From Lama guanicoe (Eukaryota): a stretch of 64,000 nt of DNA. Positions 55,216 through 64,000 of this stretch are shown here, piece by piece; the stretch's first letter is position 1, and the number at the start of each line of letters is the position of its first letter. The position numbers and the translations under genes are program-made. The notes beneath the pieces were generated by a model that was not told the DNA's origin, made no database searches, and saw nothing but the letters and a program-made list of their open reading frames with translations. The stretch is from assembly GCA_013239625.1 (NCBI GenBank), contig MU054338.1, positions 5,432,724 through 5,496,723 on the forward strand, written 5' to 3'.

Positions 55216-56797
55216 AGGTGAAGCAAATTAAAAATATATTCAAATGAACACAATATATCCAAAATATTACCATTTCAAAATGTGATCAATGTAAGTTATC
55301 GATAATAGATTTGACACAGCTTTTACAAAAGTCTTATTATTCTGAGTCTTGGGAATCCAGTGTAGATTTCACTTATGACGCATCTCAATTTGGAGCAGCC
55401 ATGTTTAAGGGCTCAGTAGCCACAGTGGCCAATGGCCACCATATTGGACAATGGAGCTCTAGTGTGTTACATTCATGCAGTGTTTTGGGTAAATTCTTCC
55501 CATTTTGGGCCAAGTCCGCATAAGTTTTCCTTTAAATTGGCTTTTTACTATATATATATATATGTGTGTGTGTATATACATTCAGCTAATATTTCTTGAG
55601 CACCTATTACAGACCAAGCCCTGTACGAAGTGCTTGGGATACTCTAGGGAACAGAAAGACCCCTCCCTGCACCAAGCTTACCTTCAGAGCCCCTCCCATT
55701 ACAGATAAGGTGACCAACAATTGATGGTCCAAACTGAGACACTGTTGAGAGCGTCTGGGGTGTGCTGTTAATAATTAAGCCTGACAACAGACGTCAAGTA
55801 GCTCATTCCCAGGCATCTGGGGACGTACTGACCCAGTTTTTAAAAATATAAACATATCTTCAGAGCATATGGAAAACCACTATCACCTGCCATGAATATG
55901 TTAGGTAAAAGTAAACTTGATGAAAGCAAAACTGCCAGTGCTTTAAAATTCCAGCTAGAAAACTGATCTATGGTGAGAAAAAAAACACACACACAAAAAA
56001 ACGAATAGTGGTTGCCTTTAGAAGAGTGGGATGGAGACTGACTGGTGGGAAGGGAACTTTGTCGGTGATGTTACGAACCTGTAGAGAGCTGGGTTACTCT
56101 GCCTCAGTGAGTGTACACTTAAGATTTGTGCATTTCAGTCTATGCAAATTTTACCTTTAAAAAGCTACAAAAACGGTCATAGACAAATACTGAACTCTAG
56201 TTAATGATATGCTTGTGGTATTTTAGAGGGGGAATGAACTGATATCTTCAACTTTCTTTGTTTTATTTAAATTTTTTCCAGCTTTACTGAGATATAATTG
56301 ACATATAACATTGTAAGTTTAAGATGTACAACACGTCGACTTGATACACTTATATATTGTGAAAGGATAACCACCCTTAGCATTAGCCAACACCTCCATC
56401 ACATCACATAATTACCTTTTCCTTTTTGTGTTGAGAACATTTAAGATCTACTTTCTTAGTAACTTCCAAGTATACAACTGAGTATTAACTATAATCCTGT
56501 GCTGTACATAGATCCTCTATAATCTTCAACTTCCTTTGAAATGCATTAAAAAATAAGATGATGGATAGGTAGACAGAGAAATGGACGTGTGATAAAGCAA
56601 GTTGTTAATAGTGAAATCTAGGTGCTGGGATGTGTGTATTCTTTGAAAAATTCTTTTCATTTTTCTAAACGTTTAAAATTTTTTCACAATAAAACATAGG
56701 GAAGAAAATCCTAACGAGATCCTGTTGCCTTCTAAAGGCTCTTGGCCTTTCATCTGAGCTCTAAAAAGGGTGATGGGGATTAGAAAATTGTTCAAGA

Positions 56798-56886
56798 GTG
56801 GGGCGGAGTAGAGCTCCGCGGTAGAGCGCATGCGCCAGGTCCTGGGTTCGCTCCTCAGTGCCTCCAGTTAAAAAAAAAAAAAAAAA
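56798..56886 (+). mobile_element. tRNA-derived SINE
   Basis: AGCTCCGCGGTAGAGCGC...GGGTTCGC; poly-A tail. Confidence 0.75.
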
Positions 56887-58467
56887 GGAAATCATTTGGG
56901 ACAGACTGAGCCTCTCTCCTTGACGGATAATAAAGGATTTCAAGAATTGAAAAAAGGTAGGAATTTCTTAGTGTGTGGTTCAATGTTATTTAATGCCCTG
57001 CCTAAGATTATCACCCATATCATACGTCCTGGAATAACGTGATGCCTTGTCTCCAAGGAACTTGTTTGGGAAAAACAGCATCCACCCTACCCCGAGCCCC
57101 AGCTGCTGTTTTAATAGGAGGACCTATCTTTCCAGTACCCCTAGGTGTTCGCTAGGGAGGCAATGGGAGCCTCTTTCACTAGAGGAAAACCCTCTGTGAT
57201 CTTCCTGTCCTGTGACTTGCTGGAAGATGCCGGAGACACAGACGCTGGAGCCCTGGCTGAGTGTGGGTGATGAGCTCCTCAACACTGGAGGCCAGACCCT
57301 CTCCAGGCTCCTTTTTTGGGGGGTGTCCTGTACCAAGTGGGCTTGAAGAGTCTCCCTTGAGCCCACAGTGGGTGGAACTGGTGGGGAGTCCAGCCCGCAG
57401 AGGTGGGGATGGAGCCCCCCAGTTATGTCCTCTTCATTCTCAGGCTCTGCCAAAGAGGGCTCCCATCTCCAACCTTGTTCCTTATCCTGCCATCACACTC
57501 CTCCAAAACAGTACTTCCTGCCCCCTCCATCCCTGGGAGTGACAGGAAGAACCAGTGTGGTTGGGAACCAAACAAAAGCTGGGATGTGGCTATCCAGACC
57601 CGTCTGATTGCAGAGCTGGTTCTCTTAACCACACCACTCTCCTGGGGGACCAGGACAGGACACTCAAGCTCTGTGGTGTCAGTTCCCGCATCTGGAACAC
57701 AGGGATGGTTCTGGTACCGCGCCCTCCCACACACTCCACCCCTTCCTGTCCTCCCAGTGCTGCGGGTATTTCACATAGGATTCTGTGAAAATTACTCTGA
57801 GCAATGTCTGGGTCACAGTGAGCACATAATATAAACAGGGGCTATGATTACTAACACTGTCATTACTATGAGCTGTGCCAGGTGGGCGGGGCAAGGAACA
57901 TGACCCAGACAGGAGAGAAACCTTCAGCAGTGGAGGTCACTTTTGAGTCAGTTTTCAAAGGATGAAAATTCTACAAAGATGGAGGCGGGGGAGGGGGTGG
58001 CATTGCAGGAGGAGGGCATTGTGAGAACAAATGCCTGGTGGCCTTGGCCGGAAGTGCAGCTGGGGAAGCAGGGCACAGCCCCACCTGGCTGCAGCTGGGG
58101 GCGGGGCGGGGGGAGGGGAGTGGGCAGCAAGAAGCTAGGGTGCTGAACAAAGCTGGGGGTGGAGAGAGCTTGAGTCAGAAAGTGCAGACCTTCCAGCCAA
58201 TGGCCCAGGAGTGTGTGGACAAAGGGAGTAGGGTCCTCCCACGTCTGGCTTCCACCCTGCCTCACCTTTTCACCTAATCTCATCTCTGGCCCCTTGGACT
58301 CAACTCTCCGGACGCATGGCCTCCTGGATGTTCAGAGACATTGACGCTCTCTGTCACTTGCTGTTCTGTCTGCTTGACATGCTGTTCCCACTACTTCTTC
58401 CTGCTTCTGCAGACTCAGTCCAAATGCTCCCTCCTCCAGCATGCCTTCCCTGCCTCCCTAATGTGCA

Positions 58468-58963
58468 TGAAAAATAAGTATCAGTAAGCAAAGGATGCTG
58501 CGGTCACCAAGCCTTCAGCTACTACCACTATCCCCCGACAGTGACAGCAAGCCAGAGGGAACTCAGGATGGCAGGAGCAGGCAGCACAGCCTCTGCCACC
58601 CCCCCCCCCACCAGTGCTGCACCGAGGGGACTCAGGATTGGAAAGAACAGGATATTGGCCCTGGATAGCTAAGGTGCATTTCAAAGGAATGATTTCAATG
58701 AGCACAGACTCTTGCATCTTTCCATACGTAGAAAAGCACTAAATTCCTTAAACTGAGATGTCGAATTAACAGTAATCATTTGATGTTCCAACTACCTGGT
58801 CTTTGTTGCAAAAACTCCTATACATCCTGGTTCCTCCCCTGCCTCTTCGGAGCAGTCCCTCAGAGCGATCTGAGAGGCTGTATCCCAGACTTAAGTCCTC
58901 AGAGATGTCCACCGAATTTTTATTCTCAACGTTTAGGTCGTGCTTTTTTTCTTTCAGCTGACA
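58468..58963 (+). mobile_element. Probable ERV solo LTR
   Basis: TG...CA ends and LTR-like layout; no TSD seen. Confidence 0.45.
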
Positions 58964-59723
58964 CTAGCTAAGTAGATCCACCGTCACACAGCCCAGGTTA
59001 TCCTCCTCAATGTGTTGTTGTTTACCTGCTTCTCACCTGCCTTTCCCCACTAGACTGTCAGCTCCATGAGGGCTAGGACTCTGTCTTGTTCAACTTTGCC
59101 TCCCCAGCCGAGAGCCCTGCCTGGCCCACGGTAAGAGCTCAGTAAACGCTCATTAAAGGAAGGAATGAAAAATTTTTAAACAGCAGAATGAGACAATCAG
59201 ACTTATGTTTTAAAAGACTCCCTCTGACTGCTGTGGGAAGAACTGACTGTGGGGTGAGGGCAGAGCAGGGAGCTCTGGGAGTAGGCAACTGTACAAGTCT
59301 AGTGAGTGGCCAGTGAAGGGAGTGACAAGTGCTCAGAAATTTAGAAGGGAGAAGGGACAGAATAAGACAATTGAGGGAGGGGTGGGAGAGGGGGGCAAGG
59401 AAGTAAAGGATAAGAAGGAGAGAGGAGTCCATGACCTCTGGCTCTGATGATGGGAGTGGGGGATGGAGTCACAGGAGGAGTGGCTATGGCGAAAGAGGAC
59501 ACATTTGTGTCTGGGATGCCTGGTGGACATCCCAGGGTTGAGGTCCAGGGGATAACAATCATTACATACAATTAGAATTAGTACAGGTCTACATTTATAT
59601 TAATCACTAATGAAACATTTACTGAGCACTGGGGACATAGCAGTGACTGCCATAGACACAGCCCCTGTCCTCACCCAGCTGATGTTCTGTTGGTGGGGGA
59701 CAGAAACTAAATAATTAATGAAT

Positions 59724-60193
59724 TGTGAATATTAATAAAAGGAACCTCAACTAAAATTAGGAGTCAGGAAAACTTAACAGAGGGAGCTCTCATGCCCTAC
59801 CGTGCTCAATTCTCCAAATAGGAGGATGTCAATTACACACTCCAACCAAAAGAGATGTACCCTGCACTACCAAGCAGAAACTGCAACTGCTTTACTATAG
59901 CAGGAGAAAAGATTTTCTTCCTGCCCAGGAACAAGCTCAGCCAATGGAAACATGGCAGCTCAGCCAATAAGAAGTTGGCCTCATCTGAACTCTTACTTTC
60001 CTCCAAATAAACTTTCATTTTTCAATTATTGATAACTTTCTTGTCCCACTCTCCTTTCTAGAAAAGCCTTCCATTTTGTACAACCTCCGGGGAGTATCTC
60101 TGCTTCACAGACGAGATGCTGCTTGATTCATGAATCTTTTAATAAAGGCAATTAGCGCTTCAGATTTACTCAGCTGAATTTTGTTTTTCAACA
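59724..60193 (+). mobile_element. ERV1-type solo LTR upstream of RAB11B
   Basis: TGT...ACA ends; CAGCCAAT twice; AATAAA at 60141-60146; flanks GAAT/GGAT. Confidence 0.6.
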
Positions 60194-60529
60194 GGATGGA
60201 AAATGAAATACATACTTTAATGTCAAATAGTGATAAATCCTGGGAGGGGGTGGAATAAAACAGAATAATGGGACAGAGAAAGGAAGATCCTGTTGGGAGA
60301 CAGCCTGACACCCAGTAAGGATTTATAAATATTTGCCAAACAAAGGCTTAATAACAGGCAGTGGATGATTGAGTTAATATGTGTTTAGGTAAACGATCTA
60401 GTTATACCCCAAAGATTCTGTAAGGTGAGTTTCTTCCTTATTATACAGAGGAAGGAAACCGAGGCAGAAGGGTATGGTAATGTCACCAGTGTAGGGATGG
60501 AATCTGCAACAGAAAGAGGAGAGAAAACC

Positions 60530-61078
60530 TCTAAGCGGAAAAAGTGTCCCCACGCAGATGCCCCCCGGAAACGGTCATTTACAGGGGCAGCGAGGGTGGG
60601 GGGAGCGTCCCGCAGAGCAGCGCGCATTGACCTATAACGTCACCGGGACGTTAAATAGCGTAACATTACCTGGATGTAGCCCCATTTCCCTTCCCGGACA
60701 GGTCCTCTAGTCGTCCGGTACTGTCTGAGTCTAACCTCTCATTGGCTATCCGCTCCGTCAATCCGTTTCATTCTTCCAGTCTTCCGCCCCGCCTTCCTGA
60801 TCCCGCCTCTGATAGGCTGGAGCGGCCGTCACTTCAGAAAGGTCCGCATTCCTTCCGCCTTTCTCCAGGAGACCGAGGGTGAAGAAGGTGGATCTGCGGC
60901 GGCGCCCGCCTCGGAGGCTCTGCTTCCGCCTCTTATTGGCTGCTCTGGGTGCCGGTCGCTACGCCACCTACCGCTGATTGGCCATCCAGCCGCCGCTCTG
61001 CGCGGCGCCGGCTCCGCCCCCGTAGGGTGTTTGTGGTGGGGCTGCGGAGTCGCTGATCCCGCCGGAAGCGCCAGGACA
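60530..61078. promoter_or_regulatory. RAB11B CpG-island promoter and 5'UTR
   Basis: ATTGG (inverted CCAAT) at 60741, 60935 and 60977; GC boxes; CCGGAAG at 61062-61068. Confidence 0.75.
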
Positions 61079-61118
61079 ATGGGGACCCGGGACGACGAGT
61101 ACGACTACCTATTCAAAG
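61079..61118 (+). CDS. RAB11B: RAB11B coding exon 1 (rest of gene beyond the window)
   Basis: MGTRDDEYDYLFK followed by AAG|GTGCGG; synteny with ANGPTL4 favours RAB11B over RAB11A. Confidence 0.92.
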
Positions 61119-63179
61119 GTGCGGTCGGTAGGGCACAGACGGGCTAGCGAGCGGTGACGAGGTGGCGAGCAGGAGCCGAGGCTGCGCTCCAGGGTTCTGG
61201 GCGCAGGCCGGAGCTCGAGGCTTGGAGCCCGGCAAGCTGAGCAGTAGGCAAAGCCAGTGCAGACCAGACTTGGTCAACTTCGGGCTGGGTACGCGGCCAC
61301 GCGAGGCAATCGGCCCAGGGAGGCTTGGGGGCCCTGGATGCACCGAGGCGGGGCCAGGGCCCAGAAGGGGTGGGGCCTGGAGCAGTGGGAGAGGCCGTTA
61401 GGGGCGGGGCCTTCTGGGGGCGGGGCCGCCCCGGCATTTGGCGGGCCGGCCTGGGTGGAAGTCTCCCTTCATGGTGGGGGCGGGGCCGATGGAGGCGGGT
61501 TTATGATATGATGGGCGTGTCCTATAAGTGGGTGGGGGTGGGGTCCTCACGAAGTGGGAGGGGCCAGTCTTGATTGGTGGCATCGCTTCTCTGGGGGGCG
61601 GAGCCCGGGAAGGGAGGGGAGGACAATGGGGGTTGAGAGGGTCTAGCCGGGTGCACTCTGGGTTGGGGTGCAGATCGTGAATTGCGTAGAGGGGTACCTG
61701 AGGTGGGGGTGGGGGACTGTCCGTGCTGGACCCACTCTTGGTGGTTCCCAGCAGCAATTACCTCTTAACTCTTAGAACTCTTGATAGCACTATCCAAGTA
61801 CCTGCACTTTTTCTAAGCACTTTACGCACACGAGTTCGTTGGAATTCTCCCCACAACCCTGTGAGGTGGATATTACCTAGTCCCTCTACCGACCTGGAAA
61901 CTGAGGCACAGCTGATAAGTGTTGGAGCAGGATTTCAATCCAGGCCAGCTGTGGGCTTTACCACTTCGGGCATGTATCTGGGGGAGCTTGTGGCCGGGAT
62001 CTGGGACTGGGGTTGCCAGACTGTCACCTCCAACCTGCTGGAGAAGCAGAGGGGCTCCAGGAGCCTCAAGTAAGGCCTAGGCAGGTCAGGCAGCCATTGC
62101 TGGGCTGGTGTAGGGGTCACTGGCTTTCCAGTGCCTTCTCTGCCTACTTGGGTTTTGGCCAGGTTCTGTGCTGCTGTGCTGGGCTCCCTGGGCCGACAGT
62201 AGCCGCCTTTGAGACCCAACCCCTGTGCCCACACAGCACACCCTTGCCTTGCTGCTTGCTGCATGAGGGTCTGCCTCTCATACCAGCTGTTGGCATCGTT
62301 CGCTTGTTGGGGGAACCTGGCCATCCCCAGGAGTGTGGTCTGTGTTCGTCGCTGACTGTGGTATCGCCCAGAAGGTCGAGATCGGGGTTCCGGGAACCTT
62401 GGGAATGTGGAGAGTGGGATGGAGCACTCCCTACCTGGGATATCCACGTGGTAAGAGGCTTCTGGGCAGAGGGAGTCCCCACGCAGTGGCCCAGAGTTGT
62501 CACACAGCACCGTGGACTTGGGGAACTACATGCAGGTTGATATGTTGTTGGCAGGTGATGCTGCGTGGTCGGCAGACACCAGGCCCCGGGCCTCGAGGTC
62601 TCAGAGGAAGCTCTGTCAGATCTTTGGGCACTGGTGACAGTAGACTGTATTCCAGAACTACTAGGGCTAATGCCTGTCTCTACCCAGCCCCAGTCAGAGA
62701 CAGCTGCACAGACCTGGATATGTTACGGCTAGGGCAGGGGGCGTTTCTCCCGGCGGCCGCCTCCAGGTTTCTGTGGTCCTTCCCCACTTCTTACTTTCCA
62801 CCGTTTGCTGTTATAAATAACCCAGCTCCAAGTGTTCGTACAAGTCATCTTTTCCCCTTTGGGTTATTTCCTTGAAATCTGTTCCCAGTAGTACAGTTAC
62901 TGGGTCAGGGGCAACGGAGCCGGCTGTGCACGTCCCAGGAGTTATCTCCAGAGTCCTCTTCCTGGAAACACTTTGTGACACTGGCACACAGGGGCGATGC
63001 CCGCCTGCCCCGCTGCCCTCCCCCACTGGCCTCCTTTTCTGTGTTGAGCAGGTGCTCTGCTGACCTTTCCAAGTTGGGTTGGAAGTGAAAGTCTAACCCA
63101 CAAGGTCAGCATTTCCCAGACGAGTCATCTGAGACCTCATCTTCACACTTTAAACCTTGTCAGAGGATCCCCTGCTACC

Positions 63180-63249
63180 TTTTTATTAAATTGAAGTATA
63201 GTCGATATACAGTGTTTTCTTAGCTTCTGATGTACAGCATAGTGATTCA

Positions 63250-63300
<51 letters not shown>

Positions 63301-63603
63301 TTTTATATTTTTTTTTTTTATAGGGTGTTATCCCTTGCTATACTGTAGGACCTTGTTGTTTACCTCTTTTATATATAGTAGTTAATATCTGCAAATCCCA
63401 AACTCCCAATTTATCCCTCCATCCGCTCTTCTCCCCTGGTAACCTTAAGTTTGTTTTCTGTGTGAGTCTGTTTCTGTTTTGTAACTAAGTTCATTTGTAT
63501 CATTTTTTTAAGATTTCACATATAAGTGATACACAGTATTTTTCTTTCTCTTTCTGACTTTCTTCACTTAGTATGACGATCACCAGGTCCACCCAGTTGC
63601 TGC
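63180..63603 (-). mobile_element. L1 3' end containing a (TA)n microsatellite
   Basis: Reverse complement of the L1 3'UTR; (TA)n at about 63253-63296. Confidence 0.8.
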
Positions 63604-63700
63604 TTTTTTTTTTTTTTTTCAGTGAAGATACTGGGGATTGAACCCGGGACCTTGTGCATGCTAAAGCATGCGCTCTACCACTGAGCTCTACCGTCCCCTC
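63604..63700 (-). mobile_element. tRNA-derived SINE
   Basis: Same consensus; poly-T on + strand. Confidence 0.8.
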
Positions 63701-64000
63701 TATCTTTTAATATTTGTCTTTAAATACACTCAGTTCTTCACTCACTTCAGTAGGAGGAGGAAACTCTGACTCTGGCAAATATGGAAGGAAAGAAGGAAGC
63801 CAGCAGGCAGGCATGCCACTGACCATCAGATCACTGACCATAAATATGACGACAAGACAGAAACATGAAATACTGCACCCCGCAGACCCTCCTGAGACCC
63901 CCCCCCCCCGTGGCCTGCAGAGGGTTGGGCCTAGGTGTTAGAGACGTATCCGGGACGTAGGTGTACCAGAGGGTTGACAAGGACCAACTTTCTCACCTCA

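Overview
Mammalian genomic DNA, most likely a camelid: about 17 copies of one tRNA-derived SINE resemble the camelid vic-1 family, but this is from memory and unverified. The window holds the conserved syntenic block CD320(-), NDUFA7(-), RPS28(+), KANK3(-), ANGPTL4(+) and RAB11B(+, first coding exon only). I traced exons by hand from GT/AG boundaries and reading frame. NDUFA7 (111 aa), RPS28 (69 aa), KANK3 (813 aa) and ANGPTL4 (412 aa) splice into intact ORFs. CD320 exon 2 is cut off by a ~50-nt poly-C/G run, probably an assembly artefact. The ~24 kb between KANK3 and ANGPTL4 is mostly nested L1, SINE, LTR and DNA-transposon relics. I found no support for a wholly new biological system. The most notable items are: an ERV 3' transcript apparently retroposed by L1 machinery (poly-A tail, 17-bp TSD); an ORF1-only L1-derived insertion; an apparent 9-aa, two-cysteine deletion in CD320; three PPAR DR1 elements and a perfect glucocorticoid response element (GRE) at ANGPTL4; a strong CTCF site; and a compact NDUFA7/RPS28 bidirectional promoter. 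Repeat family names and comparisons with human proteins are from memory, and repeat boundaries are approximate.
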